Source: a virus
DNA length: 64,000 bases
Virus record (IMG/VR): IMGVR_UViG_3300005253_000015
Coordinates: 47,457-111,456 of that record
Direction: 5' to 3' (one strand)
The notes beneath the pieces are model-generated. The model searched no databases. It had not been told where the DNA came from and saw only the letters and a list, made by a program, of their open reading frames with translations. Made by a program: the position numbers and the translations under genes. This document shows, piece after piece, positions 1 through 9,293 of the stretch; position 1 is the first letter of the stretch, and the number at the start of each line of letters is the position of its first letter.

Positions 1-924
1 CCAATTATTAGCACCCGCAGCCGCAGTGACTACCACCCCAGTTAAATCGGCTGGAGCAAGTGTAGCATTTAGAGAATCAGCATTAATATCAAAAAGCTCA
101 GTTGAAGTACCATTATCATCAATATTAGCAGTACAACCGTAAAGATATATATGAAAAAAGGCGTTCCCAGTCGAACCAGCATTATCAATCTGTATTCCCA
201 TAACACAATCGTCTATTTCAAATATCTCAAAATGGTTGTCATCATCATCTGCATTGTCTAAATGAATACCAATTAAACAATCGTCAACCTCATTATCCTT
301 AAATAATCCATCAGTACAATCATCCAAATGTATTCCCGTAGTATTGGTAACAACTCCATGAAAAAAGCAATCCCTAATCTTAGGATACTTAACACCACCA
401 TCCAACATTAACAAATCCATAGCTCCAGTGGCAGTATCACCTTCAAAATGGACATTCTCAGCCTCAAATCCGTTAGCCCCAGTTCCATTGACTAAAATAC
501 CATCAATAGAAGTAGCTCCAACATCAATTTTAAGATTACTTAAAATTGCACTACCAGTAAATTTTAAAATACAAGTAGCCCCACTATTACTATTAGTTAT
601 GGTTGTTAAGTTTCTACCCATACCCACAATAGCAATATTTTCATCATAGGTCGGATTTCCAGTAGTGTCAATATCGAAAGAGCCCACACCAGTTACTATC
701 AAATGAAACTGTCCAGATGATTGATTTGAAGCAATCCAATCGAGAGCTGTAGTTAATGATGTGTATGCTTTAATCCAGCTACTTCCATCAGAATTATCTC
801 CAGCACTTGATACAAAAAGAGTATCCTCAAAACCAAGAGCTTTAGCTAATGATTTGAGGAGGTTAATAACTTTAATATCTACAGTTTCCCCTAGCATCAC
901 ATTCTTTAAGCCCATTAATGACAT
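1..924 (-). CDS. Partial (runs off window start) right-handed beta-helix adhesin/spike protein
   Basis: Not in the ORF track; my translation from ATG 924 (GGGAG RBS upstream) is open to base 1: MSLMGLKNVMLGETVDIKVINLLKSL...LFVSSAGDNSDGSSWIKAYTSLTTALD...GIHLDDC...GIHLDNA...GIQIDNA, a pectin-lyase-like cap plus beta-helix rungs. Confidence 0.75.
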   Translation of the reverse strand, partial: MSLMGLKNVMLGETVDIKVINLLKSLAKALGFEDTLFVSSAGDNSDGSSWIKAYTSLTTALDWIASNQSSGQFHLIVTGVGSFDIDTTGNPTYDENIAIVGMGRNLTTITNSNSGATCILKFTGSAILSNLKIDVGATSIDGILVNGTGANGFEAENVHFEGDTATGAMDLLMLDGGVKYPKIRDCFFHGVVTNTTGIHLDDCTDGLFKDNEVDDCLIGIHLDNADDDDNHFEIFEIDDCVMGIQIDNAGSTGNAFFHIYLYGCTANIDDNGTSTELFDINADSLNATLAPADLTGVVVTAAAGANNW

Positions 925-941
925 TATTTAGTCTCCCTTTA

Positions 942-1127
942 TTATAATTCTTTTAGTAATTTTTCATATTTTTCTTTATATTCTAAATATTTCTGATGAT
1001 GTTTTTCTGTCACTTTACAAGCAGCTTCAATATGATGATATTGACAATCGTGAAAAGCCATACGTTCTTCTATTTTAAAGATTAAAGTCGAAAATAAAGT
1101 ATCAAAGACTTTCTTGATTTCACTCAT
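942..1127 (-). CDS. Hypothetical small protein
   Basis: ORF overlapping the stop of 1124..1612, GGGAG RBS. Confidence 0.55.
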   Translation of the reverse strand: MSEIKKVFDTLFSTLIFKIEERMAFHDCQYHHIEAACKVTEKHHQKYLEYKEKYEKLLKEL

Positions 1128-1612
1128 TTTGTCTCCCTTCCCTCTCTTAATGTATATTTACATAGAGCTACTGTTAATGTAGTGGCTGTACCACCAGTTA
1201 ATTCAATTACAAAACCTTTCTTAAAGTATAAATTTCTAATACTAAAAACAAAAAACGCTCCACTTGGAAAAGCAGATAAATTATCTAACCAATCATCATA
1301 GGTTTGAAACCATGAGAATAGTTCATTAAATAATTCAGTATCATCAATAATAATTCTAATTCTATAATCAGACTGGTCATTATATATAAATATCTGGTCT
1401 ATTAAACCATTTCCACCAACGGACAGAAACTTATAGTAAGTATTAGCCCCTATACTATGTGATTTGTCTAATTCTGTTTTTGTGGTAAAATCGTGCCTTT
1501 CAGAAGTTGTTATAGCTCTACCATCAGTCAATAAGTCTAATATCGTCTTATTCTGTTTCTGAAACTCAGAATTGAGATACATTTGTAAATTTGCTTTCTT
1601 ATCTTGAGACAT
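1124..1612 (-). CDS. Putative virion beta-sandwich protein, paralogue of 13204..13722 and 1954..2643
   Basis: GGNGLIDQI...DYRIRIIIDD...NLSAF...FSIRNLYF...KYTLRE aligns with GGKGLINQI...DYTVQIFLDN...NISAY...LSIRTLNF...KYTIRD. Confidence 0.65.
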   Translation of the reverse strand: MSQDKKANLQMYLNSEFQKQNKTILDLLTDGRAITTSERHDFTTKTELDKSHSIGANTYYKFLSVGGNGLIDQIFIYNDQSDYRIRIIIDDTELFNELFSWFQTYDDWLDNLSAFPSGAFFVFSIRNLYFKKGFVIELTGGTATTLTVALCKYTLREGRETK

Positions 1613-1730
1613 TATAATTTATTATTCATTTCTAATTATATAAATTTTTATTTGTTCCTTAAATTTTATAAAACTAAAGTACATAAATATACATATAGAT
1701 TTATATAATTAATATTATTGAGGTTATATA

Positions 1731-1931
1731 ATGCCAAGTGAAGAAAAACTAGCTCTTATTAATGATATAAAAAGGATGATGAGTGTTAATACTCAGAGAA
1801 GGTCAAGCTACGATTCACTTGGCACTCATAAGCTTTTAGACAAGTTATTTATGCGATTGGGTTTAGTTATTATAATTGGCTTACTTGGATATCTTGCTAT
1901 AAGAGATTCTAATCGAAATAAGAAATGTTAG
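1731..1931 (+). CDS. Small C-terminally anchored membrane protein, paralogue of 12973..13197
   Basis: Hydrophobic LGLVIIIGLLGYLAI followed by NKK; GAGG RBS. Confidence 0.65.
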   Translation: MPSEEKLALINDIKRMMSVNTQRRSSYDSLGTHKLLDKLFMRLGLVIIIGLLGYLAIRDSNRNKKC

Positions 1932-1953
1932 ATGTGATAAGTGGGGATTATGA

Positions 1954-2643
1954 ATGAATTCGGTTGACTTTAGTAAATATTCGCTTGAAGAGTTAAAGAA
2001 TTTAAAAAATAACCTAGAAAAGAAACCTAAACCTAATTTTGCTCCAAAATTAAATATTATAGATAAATTTACTAATATTGATGAGTTATTAATAGAAACT
2101 ATTAGAGCTCTAAAAGATTTGACTCAAGACCAGAGGGAGACTAATCGCCAATTACAAATATCAAATAAACTTTTACTTGGTCTCTTAATTGAAGAAGCTG
2201 CTGATGGTACTATTAGTTTGAGGGGTGAGTCTGGTATTGATACTGCTGCTATATTAGAGGAAATAGGTGGGGGGGGAGCAGTAATTACTCGAAAAATTGA
2301 TTTAGCTAATACAACTGTAGAGGGGAATAAAATAATTTTTCAAGCTGAGTTTGAGGGTGGCTTAGCTGAAGTATTATTTACAAGTTCAACATCAACTACA
2401 GATAATAAGGATTATTCTGTTAGAGTTTTAGGTGATGATGAAATAGCATATCAAGGTACATTTGCTGAATTTGAAGCTCGTGGTGGTACAGAAACTGATA
2501 TGGCTTGTTTTGAAGATGAGATTAATAATTGGTATCTTTTGCAATTCCAAAATGTGAATTTTGCTAATAAAATTTTAATAGAGGTTTATGATTCTTCAGC
2601 TACATTTTTAAGAATTTATGTAAAATACCATAAATCTACTTGA
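1954..2643 (+). CDS. Putative virion protein: N-terminal coiled coil plus beta-sandwich domain
   Basis: FSKYSLEELKNLK start; C-terminal DYSVRVLGDD...LLQFQNVNF...IYVKY resembles 13204..13722. Confidence 0.65.
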   Translation: MNSVDFSKYSLEELKNLKNNLEKKPKPNFAPKLNIIDKFTNIDELLIETIRALKDLTQDQRETNRQLQISNKLLLGLLIEEAADGTISLRGESGIDTAAILEEIGGGGAVITRKIDLANTTVEGNKIIFQAEFEGGLAEVLFTSSTSTTDNKDYSVRVLGDDEIAYQGTFAEFEARGGTETDMACFEDEINNWYLLQFQNVNFANKILIEVYDSSATFLRIYVKYHKST

Positions 2644-2697
2644 GATTTAAAATAATAAATAGATAATATTGTAATATATATAATAAACATTTAAAAA

Positions 2698-2946
2698 ATG
2701 GGAAATATCAAAAAGTTTAAAATCATTACCGATTTGGTAGGCTACACTGTTGGGGCTATATCATCATTGTGGATGGGAATATTGGTTCATCACTTCTTTA
2801 GATATGGTGGTGTAATATTCTATGAAGAGAGTAGGGCTATCACTATCATAGAAGGTATAGCAGCTGCTTTTGGTGTATCATATTTTGGCTATAAGATTGC
2901 GAAAATGATGACTAAAAAGGAAATAGATAAATATATTAGAGAATAG
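2698..2946 (+). CDS. Small two-TM membrane protein
   Basis: Two hydrophobic segments, basic C-terminus. Confidence 0.6.
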   Translation: MGNIKKFKIITDLVGYTVGAISSLWMGILVHHFFRYGGVIFYEESRAITIIEGIAAAFGVSYFGYKIAKMMTKKEIDKYIRE

Positions 2947-2949
2947 GAA

Positions 2950-5900
2950 ATGGCTGGTAAAGGTTCAAAACAACTTGTTCGGGAACTCATTAATTTCTAT
3001 AAGGTAAATAGAGGTGGATATCCATACGAGATTATTTATAAATTAATCCAACTCTATCAAGTAATAGAAGATGTATACTCCGTCTCCACTGTGATAGAAC
3101 TCCAAGAAGCTATTGATAATATAGGAACTGATGCTGGTACTATTTTTATAGCTTCTGGAACTTATGATGTCACTACAACAATAGATATTGATAATTGTGG
3201 TTCACTTGTTATATATGGGCATGGAGACAATACAATTCTTAAAGCCGCTGATGGTATTACGATATTTAATATAACATGTGTTGCTTCTTGTCTAATAAAG
3301 ACATTAAAATTGGATATTACTAACTATACGGGAGATACTCAAGCCGTTTTAATTAATGAAACTAATAATAATATTGTTGGTTTTGAAGATGTATCTATTC
3401 TTGGAGCAGCGGCAAATGGTATAGGCATTGAAGTTCAATCCGATAACTGTTATATTGACCAATGTAATATACTACAAATGAAAACGGGCATTTATTTGAA
3501 TGGAGCTGAGAAAACAAAAATAACTGGAACTCTCTCTGGTCTTCATGTTAATTACGGGCTTCATTTAAATCAAGCAGATTTTAGTATTATTACTGGAAAT
3601 TCTTTTACTGCTAATACTTCTTATGGTATATATATTTATAATAGTGATTATTGTATTATTTCCAATACTGGATGTACGAGTAATCTTACTGGAATGTATT
3701 CGGATATTTCAAATTATAATACAATATCATCATGTTTATCTAATAGTAATTCGGAAAATGGTATATTTATAACTCAAGGCAATTATAATACAATATCAAG
3801 TAATACATTAAACAACAATGACTCTAATATAGCTGGTAATACTGCTGGATTATATATCACTAATAACTCTGATTTTAATACTATAACTGCTAACTCTATT
3901 AATAATAACAATAATTCTGGTGCTGGTACTGCTTACGGTATCTATATTGCTACAGCTGATTGTGATGAGAATGTAGTTGCCTCTAATAATGCTAACGGGA
4001 ATGATGTAGATTATCAAGACTCTGGAACATCCACAACTGTAATATATTATGTTCAAAATAGTGATGAGCTTCAAGACGCAATAGACTCTATTGGTTCTAG
4101 TGCTGGGACAATATACATTAATTCTAGCTTTACTGTATCAACTACTATTGATATTGATGGTGGTGGAAGCTATCTTATCGAAGGCGAAGGTAGTAATACA
4201 GTTTTAACTACTGGTATTGATATAAAATGTTTGAATGTAGACCTAGCTCGTCAATGTATATTACGGAACTTCAGAATTGACGCTAGTGCGTATACTGCTG
4301 CTGGTGTGGCACTGGAAATAATAGATGTTAATGAGAATAATAATGATTTAGTTATATTAGATAATGTATCTATTACTGGAGATGGTACTAATGGATACGG
4401 AATTGAATTAAATTCTAACAATTGTAGGATTGAAAATTGTGAGATAGATAATATAAGTATCGGTATTAATATTTTATCAACTAATAATATAATCTCTGGT
4501 AATAATGTTAATAACTGTAATACATATGGGATTCAAATAAGCTCAGCTAATACTAACAATGTAACAACAAACATCGTAGATAGCAACACAACTGGTATAT
4601 ATTTATCATCATCTGATTATGTTTTAGTAAGTGGGAATTCAGTAAACACTAATACTGAAAACGGTATAGAGCTCACTGGTAGTGATTATACTAATATTAG
4701 TGGGAATTCATGTATAGGGAATGATTCAAGTACAGCAAATCCTCAAGCTGGAATGTATATAAGCACAGACTCTAACAATAATAGTATTATTGGAAACACT
4801 ATTATCAATAATAATAATGCTGGTGCTGGAATTGGATACGGAGTATATATAGGAACAGCTACTTGTGATGAGAATATAGTTCGCTCTAATAATATTTCTG
4901 GAAATGATACACAGTGGGGTGATACTGGTACTAATACTCAAATAGAATATTTCTGTCTAACTGAGGGTCATATACAAGATGCTGTAGATTCTATAGCTGG
5001 TAAGGCTGGTACGATAATTATTGGAGAGGTTACCATTGCTATTACAACTGGCATAACTGTAGATAATGCTACCGCAAAGATACGCATTATTGGGAAAGGA
5101 CAACCATCTATATTACAACCAACTATTGGTATCACAGTATTTACATTTACAAATGCTTATGAGCTTCATTTAGAAGCCTTTTATATAGATATGGATAATT
5201 ATACAGCAGATACTACAAAAGCAATATTCAATAATGGTGCTAATTGTTTAAGACAAACTTACGAAGATATAACATTCGAGGGAACAGCTGATGGGATTGC
5301 GATATATAATTCTGGTGATTCTATTACTGTTAATAATTGTTATTTTAACAATGTATTTAATTGTATATACATTACGGGTTCTGTTGTAGCTTTTAAAATC
5401 ACTGGTAACGAATTCTGGACTATTAGAGATAGTTCTGTTTATATTGATTATGGTGAACAAGGTGTTATTGCCAATAATATAGCTGATGCTACTGGTGGTA
5501 AACCCGTTATAGATGTAATTCGAGGTAAATATATATCTATATCAAATAATCAAATCATTACGGGTGGAAGTACAGCTACTAATGGTTCATCAATACAAAT
5601 AACTGGTGCTGTTGCCAGTAGTGATATTCAGATAGTAGGTAATACCATCAGAAGTACAAATTCAAGTGGCACTACTAATAGTATGGTATACATGAGTGGT
5701 ACTGTTTCTCGAATAACAATATCTTCTAATGTAATCATTTCCTATACTAATAGTGATGATTCTTGGGGTATAATAATAGAGGATGCTACAGTTATAGATT
5801 GTACTATCACTGGGAATAGTATTTATGCTTTCGGGGGTATTAAAGTAGTAAATGCTGATAATATGGTTATCTCTGGGAACAAAATTACTGGTAATACTTC

Positions 5901-6411
5901 TTTAAAACAATCTGGTATATTATTAGAAGGGTCAATTGGAAATGCAATAACATCAAATATTATTGATGGAGTATCTGTTAACTTTGGTACGGATGTCAAT
6001 GGGATATCATTAACTTCCGTATCGACTGATAATATTATTGCGAACAATCGAATACTTGATATGGCTAATGCGGGAGCTGGAGATGGTTATGGAATAATTA
6101 TAGCTGCGGGATGTAATAATAATGTTATATCTGGAAATGTAATTACGAGTTGTGATACTAACTTGTCTGATGCGGGGACTGGAACTATATTATTTGGCGA
6201 TGATACTGCCTACGGAGCTGGTTGGAACGGGGACTTAGGCACTCCGACCAAGAATGTTATATATGACCAATTTGTAGCTACTTTAGCTGCTGCTGTTGCT
6301 TTAATATCTGATACTGCTTATGCGGCAAGTTGGGATGGAGTCACTACAATTGCTCCGAGTAAGAATGCTGTATATGATAAAATACAAGCTCTTATTGCTG
6401 TATGGGGTTAA
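2950..6411 (+). CDS. Large beta-helix (pectin lyase/NosD-like) spike or adhesin with three tandem beta-helix modules
   Basis: Three caps (ELQEAIDNIGTDAGTIFI, ELQDAIDSIGSSAGTIYI, HIQDAVDSIAGKAGTIII), Asn-ladder GIY/ISGN rungs, two C-terminal APSKNAVYDK-type modules. Confidence 0.8.
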   Translation: MAGKGSKQLVRELINFYKVNRGGYPYEIIYKLIQLYQVIEDVYSVSTVIELQEAIDNIGTDAGTIFIASGTYDVTTTIDIDNCGSLVIYGHGDNTILKAADGITIFNITCVASCLIKTLKLDITNYTGDTQAVLINETNNNIVGFEDVSILGAAANGIGIEVQSDNCYIDQCNILQMKTGIYLNGAEKTKITGTLSGLHVNYGLHLNQADFSIITGNSFTANTSYGIYIYNSDYCIISNTGCTSNLTGMYSDISNYNTISSCLSNSNSENGIFITQGNYNTISSNTLNNNDSNIAGNTAGLYITNNSDFNTITANSINNNNNSGAGTAYGIYIATADCDENVVASNNANGNDVDYQDSGTSTTVIYYVQNSDELQDAIDSIGSSAGTIYINSSFTVSTTIDIDGGGSYLIEGEGSNTVLTTGIDIKCLNVDLARQCILRNFRIDASAYTAAGVALEIIDVNENNNDLVILDNVSITGDGTNGYGIELNSNNCRIENCEIDNISIGINILSTNNIISGNNVNNCNTYGIQISSANTNNVTTNIVDSNTTGIYLSSSDYVLVSGNSVNTNTENGIELTGSDYTNISGNSCIGNDSSTANPQAGMYISTDSNNNSIIGNTIINNNNAGAGIGYGVYIGTATCDENIVRSNNISGNDTQWGDTGTNTQIEYFCLTEGHIQDAVDSIAGKAGTIIIGEVTIAITTGITVDNATAKIRIIGKGQPSILQPTIGITVFTFTNAYELHLEAFYIDMDNYTADTTKAIFNNGANCLRQTYEDITFEGTADGIAIYNSGDSITVNNCYFNNVFNCIYITGSVVAFKITGNEFWTIRDSSVYIDYGEQGVIANNIADATGGKPVIDVIRGKYISISNNQIITGGSTATNGSSIQITGAVASSDIQIVGNTIRSTNSSGTTNSMVYMSGTVSRITISSNVIISYTNSDDSWGIIIEDATVIDCTITGNSIYAFGGIKVVNADNMVISGNKITGNTSLKQSGILLEGSIGNAITSNIIDGVSVNFGTDVNGISLTSVSTDNIIANNRILDMANAGAGDGYGIIIAAGCNNNVISGNVITSCDTNLSDAGTGTILFGDDTAYGAGWNGDLGTPTKNVIYDQFVATLAAAVALISDTAYAASWDGVTTIAPSKNAVYDKIQALIAVWG

Positions 6412-6462
6412 GAGTTATATTTATTAATTTAATATCTATTTTATAATATATAAAACTAGGTT
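6311..6462 (+). repeat. Left arm of inverted repeat (partner 14007..14158)
   Basis: 6358..6462 matches the reverse complement of 14007..14111 at 103/105 nt; the further ~47 nt differ mostly at synonymous sites. Confidence 0.95.
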
Positions 6463-6468
6463 GAAAAT

Positions 6469-7389
6469 ATGAAGAAAATAGAGTTTAAAAGACAGTTTTT
6501 TATAAAAGATTTATTCATACCTGAAAGAGTTATTAATTGTTTTAATTGTATTGAATTTGAATCTTATCAAATATTTAGTTATTGTATTGAGAATGATTTG
6601 TTTATAATCCCAGAGAATGGGTTTATATTTATACCAATAAAGAGTATATCTGATTATAAAAGTATGGTTAAGATATTTAACGAAACTAATATATGTAATA
6701 ATAGCTATTTATATTTAATAATAGAAGAACAATCCCTTCTTGATGCGGTACTTTCCACTATTGTAGATAAAAGGTTTAGTATTTTAATCACTAAAGATTT
6801 AAAAATAGATTTTGTTAAGTACTGGAATAATACAATTGGAAAAGAATGGATTTCTAAAAACAGAATCATTAAAAAGATAAAAATAGACTATCCTAATTAT
6901 GATAGACAAATTAATGAAATGATTAGTATATTCAATGAGGAATTTATAAGATTTTTCTTATTAGATTTTGATTATGTATCATTTGAAAAGATAAAAATAG
7001 AAGAGATACACAAACTAAAATTCTGGATACGTAATTTTATTGGCTGGACAAAATTAAAAGATGTTGATTCAATAGAAATCATATCAACTCCATTTGTTAG
7101 AAAGATTTTTGTTTCTGATGAGTTGGTCTTATATATGGATAATAAGAAAAAAGACATATGGTCATTTGATTTAATGTTATATTTAAAAGACGATGGAGAA
7201 AGTATGCCAATGAGAGAGCTCAATCTTCTTAGGAAATATATTGACTTTGTACCAAATGCTATGTACACAGAATCTAAAATAACAAATTGGTTTTTAATGG
7301 ATTATGCTCAATGTAAAGAAATTCAGGGAAGTTTAAATGAAATACCATTAATGATGGGATTAATAAATAGGTGGTTATATGATTTTTAA
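6469..7389 (+). CDS. Putative inactive radical-SAM-like partner (no CxxxCxxC)
   Basis: Translationally coupled to the rSAM gene; alternating beta/alpha pattern and RKIFVSDELVLY resemble an rSAM barrel end and SPASM hairpin; inference. Confidence 0.45.
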   Translation: MKKIEFKRQFFIKDLFIPERVINCFNCIEFESYQIFSYCIENDLFIIPENGFIFIPIKSISDYKSMVKIFNETNICNNSYLYLIIEEQSLLDAVLSTIVDKRFSILITKDLKIDFVKYWNNTIGKEWISKNRIIKKIKIDYPNYDRQINEMISIFNEEFIRFFLLDFDYVSFEKIKIEEIHKLKFWIRNFIGWTKLKDVDSIEIISTPFVRKIFVSDELVLYMDNKKKDIWSFDLMLYLKDDGESMPMRELNLLRKYIDFVPNAMYTESKITNWFLMDYAQCKEIQGSLNEIPLMMGLINRWLYDF

Positions 7390-8554
7390 TGTTGTGTGTC
7401 CAGATATTTTGATTTCAACAAATTGTAATATGAGATGTAAGTATTGTTTTGAGAAGGATAAAATTAACGAGGTTATGGATGAAGAAAGAATATTAGAATA
7501 TTATTCACATAATCCCTGTACAGGAACATTTCCTATTGGTGGTGAACCTTTTCTAAATTTAGATTTACTCTTCAAAATAATGGATACAGTAGAAAATAAT
7601 AAAATTATACAAGAGAAAAGAAAAAAAACGTTATTACAGAATTTAAAATGTGTTATTACTAATGGAACTTTAATTAAACAAAACATACAGAAGATTAAGG
7701 ATTATGGATTAATATTACAGATAAGTTTCGATGGTTCTAAAAAAGTTCATGATACTTATAGGGTTTTTCCTAATGGAAAGGGAACGTATGATAAAATCAT
7801 TGAAGGATTAGAACTTTGCGTAAAAGAAGGAATTGAATGGTCTATTCATGGTGTTGTAGCTAAAGATACTATTAAATATTTCTATGATACGTTTGTATGG
7901 TTTTTTGAGATATATAAAAAATACAAAGAATTAGATATAGCAATAGATTTTATGAAGAATAACGTATTTCAAGTAATATTCGAACAAGATTATTCTGATA
8001 AAGATGTTGATGAACTAGTCAGACAGTTTCATAAAATTGCTGAATGGATTTATTCAAGAGATTATATGACTATTAAACAAAAAGACCAATTATTTCATAA
8101 CTTCTTAGAAAGACGTGGTGGTGTTTGTTCAGCTGGAACAACATTAATAGCTTTTGATAATAATTTAGATATGTTTCCATGTCATAGACTTGCTGTTGTA
8201 CCAGAGAAAGAAAATTATTACCTAGGAAATGCTATGGATATTAAGACTATTAAAAATTTCAAACAATATAACTCTTACTATAATATTGGGAGAGGTTATA
8301 AATACATGTATTCAGCTATACAACATAACCACGATTACAAAGACAAGGAGAGTTTGAGATGGTTTATGTGGTGTCCTGCTACAAATTTACAAACATCTGA
8401 AAATGTTTATTATCAGAATGCTAAATATAATGTGATGTTTGTTGAAGTAAATAGAATGGTTAGAGCACTTAAGAAAATATATTATCAAAATAGTGATTTA
8501 ATAAAAGAAAAGGATAATGCCAATAAGCTCAGGAAGCCCGATACTAGCAAGTGA
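7379..8554 (+). CDS. Radical SAM peptide/protein maturase with Twitch/partial SPASM domain
   Basis: CNMRCKYC, GGEPFL, ITNGTLI, ISFDGSKKVHD.YR, CSAG...FPCHRL, WCPATN. Confidence 0.93.
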   Translation: MIFNVVCPDILISTNCNMRCKYCFEKDKINEVMDEERILEYYSHNPCTGTFPIGGEPFLNLDLLFKIMDTVENNKIIQEKRKKTLLQNLKCVITNGTLIKQNIQKIKDYGLILQISFDGSKKVHDTYRVFPNGKGTYDKIIEGLELCVKEGIEWSIHGVVAKDTIKYFYDTFVWFFEIYKKYKELDIAIDFMKNNVFQVIFEQDYSDKDVDELVRQFHKIAEWIYSRDYMTIKQKDQLFHNFLERRGGVCSAGTTLIAFDNNLDMFPCHRLAVVPEKENYYLGNAMDIKTIKNFKQYNSYYNIGRGYKYMYSAIQHNHDYKDKESLRWFMWCPATNLQTSENVYYQNAKYNVMFVEVNRMVRALKKIYYQNSDLIKEKDNANKLRKPDTSK

Positions 8555-9293
8555 TGTAAATGCTATTATCGCTAAGATAAATTCAGAGGAAAATAATAGA
8601 ACTGGGTTAGGTCTGTCTGATTTACCAGATATGATTGTTAGTAATCCTTGTTTGGCTTCAGACCACGATTCTTGGAGAACTCGTAATGATGCTATTAATG
8701 CTTTTCATTGTTATTGTGAAGCAGATGGAGGGCGTGATGCTGGTGATACTACTAAGACAGGTACAACATTAGGTCTAACTGCTCCTAATGTTACTTCTGG
8801 TAATTCAATGTTAGCTTCTCAACTTACAACTTTAGAAACAGATATAGATAATTTAGTAGCTCAATGTGATTGTGATACTTATGTTTGTAGTTGTGTAGGT
8901 AATTGTACTACTGTTTGTACTTGTAATACAAATGTATGTACTTGTGTAGGTAATTGTACTAGTGTCTGTTCTTGTAATACTAATGTTTGTACTTGTGTTT
9001 CCCAATGTGGTTGTAATACTAATGTATGTACTTGTGTAAGTCAAGGGTGTGCCTGTAATACTATTAGAACACCTGAATGTCTTGATTGGACATTCATATG
9101 TGGTTGCCAAAGTCAGGGGTGTAGTTGTAATCAATTATGTACTTGCGTAAATCAAGGCTGTGGTTGTAATCAATTGTGTACATGTGTAAGCAATGTGATT
9201 GCACAGTGTACTTGTAATCAATTGTGTACATGTGTAAGTAATGTGATTGCACAGTGTACTTGTAATAAAGTCTGTGGGTGTGAATATAACTAA
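8517..9293 (+). CDS. Cys-rich CxC-repeat protein, probable radical SAM target and possible virion fibre
   Basis: 39 Cys in residues 117-255 (18 CxC plus 3 single); Cys-poor leader with three xxxLASxxxxxxxxIN-like segments; overlaps the rSAM 3' end. Confidence 0.85.
   Translation: MPISSGSPILASDVNAIIAKINSEENNRTGLGLSDLPDMIVSNPCLASDHDSWRTRNDAINAFHCYCEADGGRDAGDTTKTGTTLGLTAPNVTSGNSMLASQLTTLETDIDNLVAQCDCDTYVCSCVGNCTTVCTCNTNVCTCVGNCTSVCSCNTNVCTCVSQCGCNTNVCTCVSQGCACNTIRTPECLDWTFICGCQSQGCSCNQLCTCVNQGCGCNQLCTCVSNVIAQCTCNQLCTCVSNVIAQCTCNKVCGCEYN
8892..8993 (+). repeat. 51-bp tandem duplication in the N-proximal arm of the Cys ladder
   Basis: TGTGTAGGTAATTGTACTA... at 8892 and 8943 (CVGNCTxVCxCNTNVCT twice). 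Confidence 0.85.
9165..9260 (+). repeat. 48-bp tandem duplication in the C-proximal arm of the Cys ladder
   Basis: TGTAATCAATTGTGTACATGTGTAAG(C/T)AATGTGATTGCACAGTGTACT twice, one mismatch. Confidence 0.92.

Noticed and set aside
8517-9293. Simple metallothionein
   Set aside because: The long structured leader, mirror-symmetric spacing and coupling to a radical SAM enzyme argue for more than metal buffering, although metal binding is not excluded
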